Assembly (NCBI GenBank): GCA_018238825.1
Contig: JABCSP010000002.1
Location: 1-34,416, forward strand
Direction: 5' to 3'
Source of the DNA: Candidatus Thorarchaeota archaeon
GTDB taxonomy: Archaea > Asgardarchaeota > Thorarchaeia > Thorarchaeales > Thorarchaeaceae
DNA length: 34,416 nucleotides
Shown in pieces: positions 1 to 9,017 of the stretch; the first letter of the stretch is position 1; each line of letters starts with the position of its first letter. The position numbers and the translations under genes were made by a program. The notes under the pieces are model-generated. The model was not told where the DNA came from and did not search any database. It saw only the letters and a list, made by a program, of their open reading frames with translations.

Positions 1-703
1 CTGCTCTTGTTGCCAAGTTTACAGCTCCAACTAGATTCATTGCAGCATCTGATGATGGACGGTCAGATGATCTTTGAGACCCTACAAGAACAACAGGGAC
101 TGGGAGATTTTGAAGTGCAAAGGATAGGGCTGCAGAAGTGAATCCAAGTGTGTCAGTGCCATGAGCGATTACAACACCATCAGTACCGGTCTTTATCTCA
201 GAGGCAACTTTACGAGCAATTTTCGTCCAATCAGTTGGTGCAATGTTCTCAGATAGTACACTCATAATCACTTTTGCATGAACATTGGCATAATTTCTGA
301 GTTCGGGGACCGTATCATAGAGATCTTGTGCAGAAAGTGCTGGATTTACTGCACCGGTGCGATAATCGACTTTGCTAGCAATAGTACCGCCTGTACTCAA
401 AATAGAAACCCTGGGTAAGTTCTTTTTCTCCATAGATTCCTCAACCTTTGTAGTTCGTTTTCGAGCGCCACCTTTGATTCGGCGAATGGTAGATTCTTGA
501 TTTAGTCGAAGTCCAATGTTGTAACCACTATCAAGTTTGATAATGATATGAACAGCATCACTGCCAACCTGACTTCGGGGCATAAGAACCCCAGTGAATT
601 CTTCTCCATCCTTTGTGATACTGATTGTATCACCAACCTGTATCTTTGACAGAGATAGCTTCTCCAGAACCAGACCACTATAACCCGAATCATCTAGACT
701 CAA
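1..703 (-). CDS. gatD: Glutamyl-tRNA(Gln) amidotransferase subunit D (GatD); 3' part of the gene lies beyond the window edge
   Basis: Absent from the ORF track because it has a TTG start and runs off the window. My minus-strand translation from TTG at 703 reads SLDDSGYSGLVLEKLSLSKIQVGDTISITKDGEEFTGVLMP...NLPRVSILSTGGTIASKVDYRTGAV...VVIAHGTDTLGFTSAALSF...VLVGSQRSSDRPSSDA. This is a GatD-type N-terminal domain followed by asparaginase TGGTIA and HGTDT motifs. The frame has no stop down to position 1. A GGTGAGG Shine-Dalgarno-like sequence lies about 8 nt upstream of the TTG. Confidence 0.85.
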   Translation of the reverse strand, partial: MSLDDSGYSGLVLEKLSLSKIQVGDTISITKDGEEFTGVLMPRSQVGSDAVHIIIKLDSGYNIGLRLNQESTIRRIKGGARKRTTKVEESMEKKNLPRVSILSTGGTIASKVDYRTGAVNPALSAQDLYDTVPELRNYANVHAKVIMSVLSENIAPTDWTKIARKVASEIKTGTDGVVIAHGTDTLGFTSAALSFALQNLPVPVVLVGSQRSSDRPSSDAAMNLVGAVNLATRA

Positions 704-777
704 TTAATTCCTCACCTTCGAGTTATGGCTCAAAGATGAAAGCTATGTCATAAAGGCTTCGTCAGATATGGTAGAAT

Positions 778-1341
778 CTATATAATTCCAAAAATAACCA
801 ATAATCCAAATAGTATGAAGATAATCCCGACTACTCGTTTAACAGCTTTAATCGGAATTCGTTCAGCTATACTCTCACCAGCAAGAACTGCAATTGAGTT
901 TATGATGAAGAAACCGATGATAGCTCCTATGAAAATCATGAGTGGGAATGCTGATTGAGCTGCGAGTGCGAGTGTTGCTATCTGACTTTTATCCCCAAGT
1001 TCAGCTAGTAAAACAAGAGAGAACATCCCAAAGAGTGTTCCTGGATTGTCGCATGTATCTACAGTTTCTGAATCTGATTTAACCAATGTGAAAATACCCA
1101 GAGTCAAGAACAAGAATCCAGATACATATGTTATGATTTCTACAGGTAATGTTGTAGACAAAATGAAACCAATGATGACTGCAATGACAGAAGATGTAGC
1201 AAGAGCTATCATAGTGGCAAGAAGTACCAGCTTGGGCTGACGATATTGAGCACTCAAACACATAACGGTGAGCATAGTTTTGTCACCTAATTCCATCAGT
1301 AAAATCAAACCCGCAGATGAAATCAGTGCTTGGAGTGGCAT
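778..1341 (-). CDS. GDT1/UPF0016 (TMEM165-like) family membrane cation transporter
   Basis: 187-aa polytopic membrane protein with the two signature E-x-G-D-K-[TS] motifs (MELGDKT and AELGDKS) in its two halves. Confidence 0.85.
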   Translation of the reverse strand: MPLQALISSAGLILLMELGDKTMLTVMCLSAQYRQPKLVLLATMIALATSSVIAVIIGFILSTTLPVEIITYVSGFLFLTLGIFTLVKSDSETVDTCDNPGTLFGMFSLVLLAELGDKSQIATLALAAQSAFPLMIFIGAIIGFFIINSIAVLAGESIAERIPIKAVKRVVGIIFILFGLLVIFGII

Positions 1342-1400
1342 AATGTAGCATGCATCCCATTCTTGTTTTAGAAGTTAGCATAAGGTCTCATACTGGTGTG

Positions 1401-1522
1401 TGGTGCGGGAGGCGAGCTTCGAACTCGCGGACTCCTACGAGAGCGGATAGCTTCTCTACATGACCCCGTAATTTCATGTGATCTTAAGTCCGCCGCCTTT
1501 GACCTGGCTTGGCTACTCCCGC
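1401..1522 (-). tRNA. tRNA-Leu(UAA) with a 34-nt intron at the canonical 37/38 position; CCA encoded
   Basis: The reverse complement folds as acceptor GCGGGAG/CTCCCGC, anticodon stem GCGGA/TCCGC, loop CUUAAGA, long variable arm and T arm GCGAG-TTCGAAG-CTCGC, ending ACCA. The intron is at 1449-1482 and contains an ACATGA/TCATGT helix. Confidence 0.85.
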
Positions 1523-1577
1523 AGATATTGCCAGTCAGCAGGGACTTGCTTATCTATATTGTAGGTGTCTAGGAAGA

Positions 1578-1687
1578 TGGTGGGCCGCGCCGGATTTGAA
1601 CCAGCGACCTTCGATTCCAATGAGCTCAAGGCTCGTTTGGATTCTCGGTGTAAGCGAGACATCATAGCCGGGCTAGACTAGCGGCCC
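1578..1687 (-). tRNA. tRNA-Val(UAC) with a ~32-nt insertion (putative non-canonical intron) between anticodon stem and variable loop; CCA encoded
   Basis: The reverse complement folds as acceptor GGGCCGC/GCGGCCC, an intact anticodon arm TCTCG-CTTACAC-CGAGA and T arm GCTGG-TTCAAAT-CCGGC, ending ACCA. The 32 nt at 1611-1642 (ATCCAAACGAGCCTTGAGCTCATTGGAATCGA) sit after the anticodon stem and can self-pair (ATCCAA/TTGGAAT, GAGC/GCTC). Confidence 0.7.
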
Positions 1688-1724
1688 CTAAGTTCAGGCT
1701 CTAGATAATACAATAAAAAGTTGC

Positions 1725-2414
1725 TTACCTGTGATATCCAGTGATGTGTACTTCTTGACGTGAGTCAGCTAAGTGAATGCTTTGAACTTCTTCGAAGCCA
1801 AAATTGGTAACTGATTCTAATAACTGTAATACAATAGTAGGATTGTCTGTTTTAAAGGCAGCAACAAGACAACCGCCTTTCTTTAATAGTCCAGAAAACC
1901 GCGAAATCAGTTTCAGAGTCCCATCTTTATCAGTGGTAACATCAACAAGAAGAAGATCAAGACTACCTTCATCGATTATTACTGAAGGGTCAATAGTGAA
2001 TGCATCATCGAAGAGTACAGAAATTTGAGAATGAGATTCAGCTAGTTTGATTAAGTCTTCTGAAAATCTTCGAGCGATTTCGATTCCAATTGCTGTTGCA
2101 CCTTTATCATTAAGATATGAAAGAAAACCACCGGCTGAACTGCCAATATCAAGAGCTATGCATGGATTTGTTACAAGATTACCTTCTAGCAACTCATCAA
2201 TTTCTTTGAGTTTATGATATCCCATTGGCATATCTACATAATCTGATGAAAATTTGATGTCTTCTTTTCCGCTTACCTTTGTTGAAGGTTTGCACGGTTT
2301 CCCATTAACAGTGACCAGGCCTTCTTTGATAGCCCTCTTAGCAACTTGTCGTGATGAAGAATGACCGTTTTCGACTAGCCATACATCAAGCCTAGGCATT
2401 AAGACTCGCCTCAA
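1725..2414 (-). CDS. TlyA-like rRNA 2'-O-methyltransferase (N-terminal S4 domain + FtsJ-type SAM methyltransferase)
   Basis: S4-like N-terminus (RLDVWLVENGHSSSRQVAKRAIKEGLVTVNGK) followed by the SAM motif ALDIGSSAGGFLSYL. The real start may be the second Met at 2399. Confidence 0.75.
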   Translation of the reverse strand: MRRVLMPRLDVWLVENGHSSSRQVAKRAIKEGLVTVNGKPCKPSTKVSGKEDIKFSSDYVDMPMGYHKLKEIDELLEGNLVTNPCIALDIGSSAGGFLSYLNDKGATAIGIEIARRFSEDLIKLAESHSQISVLFDDAFTIDPSVIIDEGSLDLLLVDVTTDKDGTLKLISRFSGLLKKGGCLVAAFKTDNPTIVLQLLESVTNFGFEEVQSIHLADSRQEVHITGYHR

Positions 2415-3156
2415 TCTCCTTTGGAATGAATAGATGCATAGGGATGCCCCTTAGTTTTGGTCCAATTGCTGCAATAATTCCTGATGCACGGGTACTTCTT
2501 TTACATTGTAATGCATGCTCGAACTTCCCAAGTTCTTCAAACTCGTAGATATCTTCTAGATGATGTGACTTCCTCAGCGCGATTTCAATCATATTATAAT
2601 CAGCGCCGAACACCAGAAGTCTTTCATGATCGTCGTGTAGCCATTCTTCGAAACGAGTCAAGGTATCCTGTCCTAGTTCGCCTTCTATCTTGTTAGATTT
2701 TCTATCAACACTGGTTATTTTCACATCAACTGGGAAGTTATCAACAAGAACTAGTGATTTTGCAATGGTCCGCAATGGTTTCTTAATGCTAAACTGGTCT
2801 CGGAGACGATGAAGAGGAATTAAGACATCAACCCTCTTTGGACCTGTAGCTGCAATGTCCACATAGAGACCGTATCCAACCTTTCCTACTTCTAAGAAAG
2901 ACCCAGGAACATTGGCACCTTCTTTCACATTCTCAAGACGTACTGATGCACCATATTCCTTGACTAGGTAATTAATTGCAAATTCTGAATCTTGTCCTTC
3001 AAAACTCAGCGAGAGATGTCCTCTCTGGTCTGTTCTAAAACGCGCCAAACGAACATCCAACTCACCTATCATCGAAGTGACATCAGATTTTACTACATCA
3101 AGTAGGTATTTCCGTTTTTTTCCATACGCTCTTGAAAATAGGGTTACTGTCTTCAA
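2392..3156 (-). CDS. Conserved hypothetical protein with a central S1/OB-like segment (possibly the archaeal family often found next to tfe)
   Basis: 254-aa ORF tightly packed between the tfe and tlyA-like genes. The segment GSFLEVGKVGYGLYVDI resembles an S1/OB motif. I recognise no catalytic motif. Confidence 0.6.
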   Translation of the reverse strand: MKTVTLFSRAYGKKRKYLLDVVKSDVTSMIGELDVRLARFRTDQRGHLSLSFEGQDSEFAINYLVKEYGASVRLENVKEGANVPGSFLEVGKVGYGLYVDIAATGPKRVDVLIPLHRLRDQFSIKKPLRTIAKSLVLVDNFPVDVKITSVDRKSNKIEGELGQDTLTRFEEWLHDDHERLLVFGADYNMIEIALRKSHHLEDIYEFEELGKFEHALQCKRSTRASGIIAAIGPKLRGIPMHLFIPKEIEASLNA

Positions 3157-3235
3157 TTTGGAGCCTCTTTCTTTTGTTTCATACGTATTGCTAAGTACCT
3201 TTTGTAAGAAATGGGGTGTATCAAAATTAGTTGGT

Positions 3236-3757
3236 CTATGATAATGCTTCGAGATCAGCTTTGAGTTCCTCTACGCGTTTTCTGAGAAATGAGATAGCTT
3301 TAGCATTGTCAACAAACTCAAGCTGTCCATTGCAGGTTGGACATCTAAATGACAAATTCATAGCTTCTTCAAAAGGAACTGGTGAAGAATCACGGTTTAC
3401 GCAAGAATACAGATCATTATTACTTTCATGTTCGAGTCTTTGTTCAAGTAGATTCAGCACCATTCGTTTCTTTCGATTGACTAGAGCCTGAGCTTTCTTT
3501 GGGTCAATTTTCCAGTAATAAAGAAACCATCCCGTATTCACATCACGAATTCTTCGATATGAAGCAAGATGATTGTCATGAAGTTTGTATAAAATCCTAC
3601 GGACAATATTCAGCTTAAGGTCAGTTTTTGTGGCAATCTCTTCATCGGTTGTTTCTTCTGCATTTACAAGAACTGTAGAAACGTCAACACCTTCTTTTCC
3701 TGAAATCTCTTCTACTACTAGACGAAAGAGATCATGATTGAAGTTAGTATGTACCAT
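3236..3757 (-). CDS. tfe: Transcription factor E (TFE alpha, TFIIE-alpha homolog)
   Basis: Winged-helix region (TDEEIATKTDLKLNIVRRILYKLHDNHLASYRRIRDVNTGWFLYYWKI) plus a C-terminal zinc-ribbon remnant (CPTCNGQLEF). Length is 173 aa. Confidence 0.85.
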   Translation of the reverse strand: MVHTNFNHDLFRLVVEEISGKEGVDVSTVLVNAEETTDEEIATKTDLKLNIVRRILYKLHDNHLASYRRIRDVNTGWFLYYWKIDPKKAQALVNRKKRMVLNLLEQRLEHESNNDLYSCVNRDSSPVPFEEAMNLSFRCPTCNGQLEFVDNAKAISFLRKRVEELKADLEALS

Positions 3758-3939
3758 TTGACGAAATCACCCAGTGTAATAGATGGCCAGTCGACTGAAA
3801 TCTATATCACAGTCAAAATATCCGCAGTCGAAATGTGTTATATTAGTATATACTACTGCACTCTATATAAGCCATGTTCTTGTATTCAGTGAGCTCAAAC
3901 ACCAATATTAGTGTCATACTTTAGCTGATTTCACTGTGT

Positions 3940-4551
3940 TTATTCGTCATCCCGACGTGCCTTCTGTGACATCTTCTTTTTGACAATTACTCTATCGCCA
4001 AGCGTGGGTCCTGCAGCACCAAGTTGAGTTTTACCTACCTTTATTGGAACTGTCCCAAGGGGTTCAAGTAATGAGATTTCTAATTCACGTTCGAGACCTC
4101 GGATTGTTTTCTCAGTAGGTTTTTGACGTCCAGACTCTACAGATTTCAGTGTCGAAATACTCTCGCCGATTTTTTGCGCTAATTCGTCTTGGCTCATGTT
4201 CTTTTTCTGCCGTGCAGATCGAATAGTTTTTGCATATTCTTCGATGAGTTCCATATTATCAAGACGTATACCAGAAGCCTTCCGAGGTTTAGGTCTGGGT
4301 CTTGGTTTTGATACTGGAGATGATTGGTGCATACGTGGTGCTGTCTGGGGTTCTGGTGATCCCATCCAAGATGCACGGTGCCTTGGTTGAGAAGTTGATT
4401 TTTGGGTTGATTCACTGGAAGAATGTCCAAATTTCGATGCACATTCAGGGCAAACAAGCATTGATGCTCCTTCAATCACGACATCTCTGCCGCGACTTTT
4501 CATGCTTCTGCCACATAATTCACAACTAGGCAAGTAAATTCCCTCTTTCAA
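3940..4551 (-). CDS. mbf1: Archaeal multiprotein-bridging-factor-1-type regulator (N-terminal zinc ribbon + C-terminal Cro/C1 HTH)
   Basis: CELCG...CPEC zinc ribbon, then a Ser/Pro/Lys-rich linker, then an XRE-type HTH (IRSARQKKNMSQDELAQKIGESISTLKSVESGRQKP). TTG start. Confidence 0.8.
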   Translation of the reverse strand: MKEGIYLPSCELCGRSMKSRGRDVVIEGASMLVCPECASKFGHSSSESTQKSTSQPRHRASWMGSPEPQTAPRMHQSSPVSKPRPRPKPRKASGIRLDNMELIEEYAKTIRSARQKKNMSQDELAQKIGESISTLKSVESGRQKPTEKTIRGLERELEISLLEPLGTVPIKVGKTQLGAAGPTLGDRVIVKKKMSQKARRDDE

Positions 4552-4574
4552 TTGATGAATACTGAACAGGGATT

Positions 4575-4582
4575 GATAAAGA
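4575..4582 (-). promoter_or_regulatory. TATA-like box (TCTTTATC on the minus strand) about 24-31 nt upstream of the mbf1 start; suggests a leaderless or short-leader mRNA
   Basis: Matches the recurring upstream pattern of this window (A/G-C-C/T-TTT-W-AT) also seen before gatD, rps10, glmS and pan. Confidence 0.35.
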
Positions 4583-4946
4583 TTTCAGTTGAACCGAAAC
4601 AAAGTACATTGGAAGATTTCAAAACCTATTGTATGTTGTAGGTTACTAAATCATTCTATTTGGAGGTGAGGGGAACACTTTCCGAGGGCGACCGCGTTTT
4701 CTTGGCATTACATACTCCTGTAGGAAATATTAACTCTTATTTCTTGCGGGTACTTTGAACTCACTACTATTGACAATATCCGTTTCTCCTTTGAAATAGC
4801 GCCATTATTTTCATATCAAACATTCATCTAATTAATTAGCTTGGTAACTTTATATATCGTTCTACAGAGTTATTGTACGAGTACATAACCAATCTTGGGA
4901 ACAAGAAAGGGAGTGAACTCGACTGGCTCAAGAGATGGGTCAGAAC

Positions 4947-4954
4947 TTTATATA
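4947..4954 (+). promoter_or_regulatory. TATA box TTTATATA upstream of the likely real tnpB start (ATG 4965 or 4971)
   Basis: A consensus archaeal TATA sequence lies inside the first codons of the ORF-track model (start 4935). This argues for the downstream ATGs and a leaderless transcript. Confidence 0.4.
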
Positions 4955-4964
4955 TCGCAGGCGA

Positions 4965-6636
4965 ATGATAATGGCACAATCCAAGGGTGTTACAATCTCG
5001 GTAAAGGTCCCAATCAATTGGGCATCTATGACCGAGAGGACTAAGCAGAAGCTTAGTCAGACCGTTGGACGAGACTCAAGAATCATCCGTGCATATCTTG
5101 GTATTATTGAACAACATGAAGACGAGTTGTTAACAGGCAAGAACAAAGATAAAATTGATGACACCAATCTATCGAAATTGACGATGACCTCAAAAAAGGT
5201 CAAGTCGGGAGACGAACAAAGAACTAGTGTTCTGCATGACTTCAAGGTTCGTTTTCCACGAATCTCTCAAAACGAAATGACAGATTGTAGAAAGACCTCT
5301 GTTGCACATTATGAAAGCTATCTAAAACTAAAGAAAAATGGTAGAAAGGTTTCACGACCATCTTCCATTAGTTCCAGCAGGAGAATCCCACGTTGGACTT
5401 TTACAAGGATGTTTAGGATAGTTAAGAGTGAAACAACTGTATTAAACTGGTGGTTGGATATTAGAAACTCACTTGACTCTGTACAAGAGGGTCGACCAAT
5501 CCACGATCGGACTCTAATTCCCCTCAAAATGTCCCCCTTTCATCTTAACCAAATTGGTCGGGGTGAGGTAAAGGCATTACAATTATTCACTGATAAGGAG
5601 AAGAAATGGTGGGTAACATTTGCTGTCCGGCTTACCAACATTGAAGTTCAAGAGAATACTCTCCCAATCGCGATTCTTGGTATTGAGAAGGCTGCTTGTT
5701 CATCTCTTCTTACTCCTGAGAAGACAAGAGAGGTCCGATACTTCCTTCAGACAGATAAGGTAACGGTCATTAAGAAGTACGACAGGCTTGTTGCTGACCT
5801 CCAGAGAGAGATGAATACTCGGAGAAACAATGGACAATCATACAATAGGGTTGCTGAGAAACTTCGTCGATTACGTGCGAAACGAGAGTGTGTTGCTAAG
5901 GAGTATGATAGGGTTCTTGTCCGTCAAATTCTTGACTATGTTGAAGAACTATCCAAGAAATACACACTCTATGTTGCCATTGGTCGCCTGAAAAAATATC
6001 CGAATACGTGCAAGAAAAGGAAACTACCGGGGGCGAAGGTTTCGAGGAATGATACACTCCTGAGCCTTTGCTCGAATAACAAACAGTCTGAAGCATGGAC
6101 TTGCTCAGCAAGGTTGGAAGGTCGATGGAAAGGATGCTCGATTCCGAGCTGTTCCTGAAGGATGGACCTCCATCATGTGCTGGAAGTGTGGTGCTAAAGG
6201 GAAGAGACCTAGGCAGAACTATTTCCATTGTCCATCTTGTGGTCTCAAGCTGAATGCTGATAGAAATGGTAGTATCAATATTGCTGCACGTATGCTTACG
6301 CTCACAAAGTCACTGCACTCTGTGAGAGGACTAGGTTTGTGGACTAGGGCCTTGGATAAGACTCGACGTGCGCCACTGAAAGCCCGAAAGAAGAAATCTT
6401 CTTCCAAAGGGAAGTCCTTATTCTCTAAAAAGGAACTTACATCAGGTTCCGGAGAGTCCGCGGCTGTTCACTTTGTCCAATCGGACCTTGTCAGTTTCAG
6501 TGATGGAACTGGTAAGAGTGATAATGATCCTGCCGTGGTAAATACTGTGGAAACGCTCACTGTCGTTGGATGTGATGTGCCAACATCAGTACAGGAGAAA
6601 GAAGCCAAGACTTCAGGAGGGATTCCATCCCGATGA
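4965..6636 (+). pseudogene. tnpB: TnpB (IS605 OrfB-type RNA-guided nuclease family) disrupted by a +1 frameshift in an A6 run (5991-5996) and an in-frame TGA (6061-6063)
   Basis: Joining the frames gives ...LYVAIGRLK|NIRIRARKGNYRGRRFRGMIHS*AFARITNSLKHGLAQQGWKVDGKDARFRAVPEGWTSIMCWKCGAKGKRPRQNYFHCPSCGLKLNADRNGSINIA. This is the typical TnpB C-terminal half with a CxxC...CxxC zinc ribbon and RuvC-III ADRNGS. The TGA occupies the position where TnpBs normally have Trp (HSW.F). Confidence 0.8.
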
Positions 6637-6662
6637 ATGTCGACAAAGCTCTTGCTAAGTTT

Positions 6663-6682
6663 AGCATTTTTTCGAAAATGCT
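6663..6682 (+). other. Perfect 8-bp stem / TTCG-loop hairpin (AGCATTTT-TTCG-AAAATGCT) 27 nt after the tnpB stop
   Basis: Read directly from the sequence. Candidate IS right-end, omega-RNA or terminator structure. Confidence 0.5.
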
Positions 6683-6879
6683 GGATGGTGGCGACACTGG
6701 CAGGAGAAGGGTGGAACACGGAAGTATCTTCCAGTTGATGGTTCACTCACCACATTGAAAGCTACAGATTAGTGATAAAGATTACCGCGCGCGTACATAC
6801 TAATTCTAATCTGAAAAATTAGACCATCAAAGTAAGCCTTAAATCGTTACCAGAGAATCAAGTCCTGAGGTGCCACTTA

Positions 6880-8082
6880 TTGCCAGGGACTACTGATACA
6901 AAGAACGAAGGTAGTATTGATGATTCAGCCTATTTACAAAATACCAGGCACTTGGAACGACGTCTTCGTGCACTAGAAACTGAGAAACAGATACTACAAG
7001 CAGAACGTAGTCGGCTTGAGAAAGAAACTCAGACTCTTAGAACAGAGTTGGAGAAACTTCGCCAATCACCTCTCATAACAGCAACCATCATTGAAATACT
7101 TGAGGACGGTAGAGCTATTGTGAAAAGTTCAACCGGTCCTAATTTTGTTGTACATGTGGCAGCATCAATACAGAAAGACAAGCTACAGCCAGGTGCACTT
7201 GTAGCTTTGAACCAGAGATCATTTGCAATTACTCAGGAGCTTCCACCTTCACGGGATCCCATAATTAGAGCTATGGAGATTGAAGAGGCACCCGAAATTT
7301 CCTATGCAGATATTGGTGGTCTCAGACAGCAATTACTAGAAATCAGAGAAACGGTAGAACTTCCATTACTGGAACCGGAATTGTTCGAAAAAGTTGGGAT
7401 TGAACCACCGAAAGGTGTATTGTTAACAGGTCTTCCAGGTACTGGTAAAACCTTGTGCGCACGAGCTGTTGCACATGAAACAAATGCCACCTTTATCAGA
7501 GTGATTGGATCAGAACTTGTACAGAAATTTATTGGTGAAGGTGCAAGACTGGTTAGAGAAATATTCATGCTTGCAAAGGAAAAAGCCCCAGCAATCATAT
7601 TTATTGATGAGCTTGATGCTGTGGGATCACACAGACTTGATATTGCAACATCAGGTGATAGAGAAGTACAAAGAACACTCATGCAACTTCTTAGTGAATT
7701 AGATGGCTTCGATACTAGGGGGCAAGTTGCAGTCTTAGGAGCAACAAACCGTCCTGATATTTTGGATCCTGCATTACTAAGACCTGGTCGATTCGATAGG
7801 CTTATTGAGTTTCCATTACCAGATGAAGATAGTAGAAAAGAGATTTTTAAGATTCATACTCGCGGGATGAACATAAAAGAAGATATTGACTTCAGTTCTC
7901 TTCTTGCTGTAACAAAGGATACAACTGGAGCAGATATCAAAAGTATCTGTACTGAGGCAGGAATGTTTGCAATAAGAGATAAGCGAATGAGTATTACTCG
8001 AGAAGACTTCAAGAAGGCAATAGCAAAAGTGCAAGAGAGGGGTGGTGGACGTAGTGATGTCCCCGGAGCAATCTATTGTTAG
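6880..8082 (+). CDS. pan: Proteasome-activating nucleotidase (PAN, Rpt-like AAA+ ATPase)
   Basis: N-terminal coiled coil, OB segment, Walker A GLPGTGKT, Walker B IIFIDELD, and a C-terminal hydrophobic-Tyr-X tail (IYC). TTG start. Confidence 0.92.
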   Translation: MPGTTDTKNEGSIDDSAYLQNTRHLERRLRALETEKQILQAERSRLEKETQTLRTELEKLRQSPLITATIIEILEDGRAIVKSSTGPNFVVHVAASIQKDKLQPGALVALNQRSFAITQELPPSRDPIIRAMEIEEAPEISYADIGGLRQQLLEIRETVELPLLEPELFEKVGIEPPKGVLLTGLPGTGKTLCARAVAHETNATFIRVIGSELVQKFIGEGARLVREIFMLAKEKAPAIIFIDELDAVGSHRLDIATSGDREVQRTLMQLLSELDGFDTRGQVAVLGATNRPDILDPALLRPGRFDRLIEFPLPDEDSRKEIFKIHTRGMNIKEDIDFSSLLAVTKDTTGADIKSICTEAGMFAIRDKRMSITREDFKKAIAKVQERGGGRSDVPGAIYC

Positions 8083-8107
8083 TTCTTTATAGCTATTGTG
8101 ATCCATC

Positions 8108-8950
8108 ATGAGATATCGAGATTTCCTTAAGACCAAGTTAAAGAATCAATTACCTGATGGCATAACGCTTCCATCTGGTTTTCATGTCGTAGGACATGTT
8201 GCCCTAGTACATCTAAATTCTTCACTTCAAGATTATTCATCTTTAATTGGTGAAGCAACGCTAACTTTCGATGCTCGAATTAGATCAGTTGCAGTTAGAA
8301 CTGGGCCTACTAGTGGAGAGGTCCGTCGTCCTTTCTATGAGGTGGTTGCTGGCGATTGTAATACAGTTACTACACACATAGAAAATGGAGTTCATTTCAG
8401 ACTGGATCCGATTAGAATAACATTCTCTGGTGGAAATAAAAGAGAGAGAATAGATATTGTAAATAGAATTGAAACAGGAGAAAAAGTTGTAGACATGTTT
8501 TCATGCGTTGGACAATTCGCACTTCAAATCGCAAAGTCTACTGATGCTATAATCATTGCAATTGAAATCAATCCAGAAGCGTATCAGTTCCTTCTTGAAA
8601 ATATTCAGCTCAATGACCTTGATAATCGAGTCACTGCCATACTAGGAGATTGCCGGGATGTACACCCTGTCAACTATGCAAATCGTGTCATCATGGGATA
8701 TTTGCATAATACTGAGTTGTATCTCCCATATGCATTAGATACTTTGACACAAGATGGAGGTGTTATCCATATGCATATGGCAATTCAAAAAAACATCGTG
8801 AAGAAATCTATCATAGAAATAAAAGAGATTTGTAAGAGAAAAGGATTCGACTCTCAAATACAAATTCGTAAGATTAAGAATTATTCTCCAGGTGTTGACC
8901 ATGTTGTATTCGATATTGGTGTAGTCCGTAATCGTTTTATCCCAAGATGA
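8108..8950 (+). CDS. Trm5/Taw2 (Met-10+ like) family tRNA modification enzyme
   Basis: GFHVVGHVALVHL and the SAM-binding VVDMFSCVGQFALQIAK motifs. The 280-aa size fits the Taw2/Trm5 short forms. Confidence 0.75.
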   Translation: MRYRDFLKTKLKNQLPDGITLPSGFHVVGHVALVHLNSSLQDYSSLIGEATLTFDARIRSVAVRTGPTSGEVRRPFYEVVAGDCNTVTTHIENGVHFRLDPIRITFSGGNKRERIDIVNRIETGEKVVDMFSCVGQFALQIAKSTDAIIIAIEINPEAYQFLLENIQLNDLDNRVTAILGDCRDVHPVNYANRVIMGYLHNTELYLPYALDTLTQDGGVIHMHMAIQKNIVKKSIIEIKEICKRKGFDSQIQIRKIKNYSPGVDHVVFDIGVVRNRFIPR

Positions 8951-9017
8951 TTGAAGAATCGTAATGGTAGACATTAGGTCATACTATTATGAACACAAGT
9001 TACAATGATGTGAGTTT

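Larger units (their letters stand above)
4935..6690 (+). mobile_element. IS200/IS605-family, tnpB-only (IS1341-like) element remnant; true ends not determined
   Basis: Contains a disrupted tnpB and no tnpA. A strong hairpin follows the ORF. The boundaries are guesses. Confidence 0.5.

Noticed and set aside
502-693. 63-aa ORF-track ORF on the minus strand
   Set aside because: It overlaps the clearly recognisable GatD reading frame in a different frame. Its sequence is low-complexity and has no motifs.
4660-4700. GC-richer stretch GGAGGTGAGGGGAACACTTTCCGAGGGCGACC upstream of tnpB, considered as another ORB or a GAACAC box
   Set aside because: It shares only GGAACAC with the palindromic box. 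It has no TGGAAA dyad next to its G-run, so the similarity is too short to support. It may instead belong to the IS left end.
6061-6063. In-frame TGA in tnpB considered as possible recoding (Trp or Sec)
   Set aside because: TGA is used as an ordinary stop elsewhere in the window, for example at 8948-8950 and 6634-6636. The same gene also carries a frameshift, and I noticed no SECIS-like context. A nonsense mutation (TGG to TGA) is the simpler reading.
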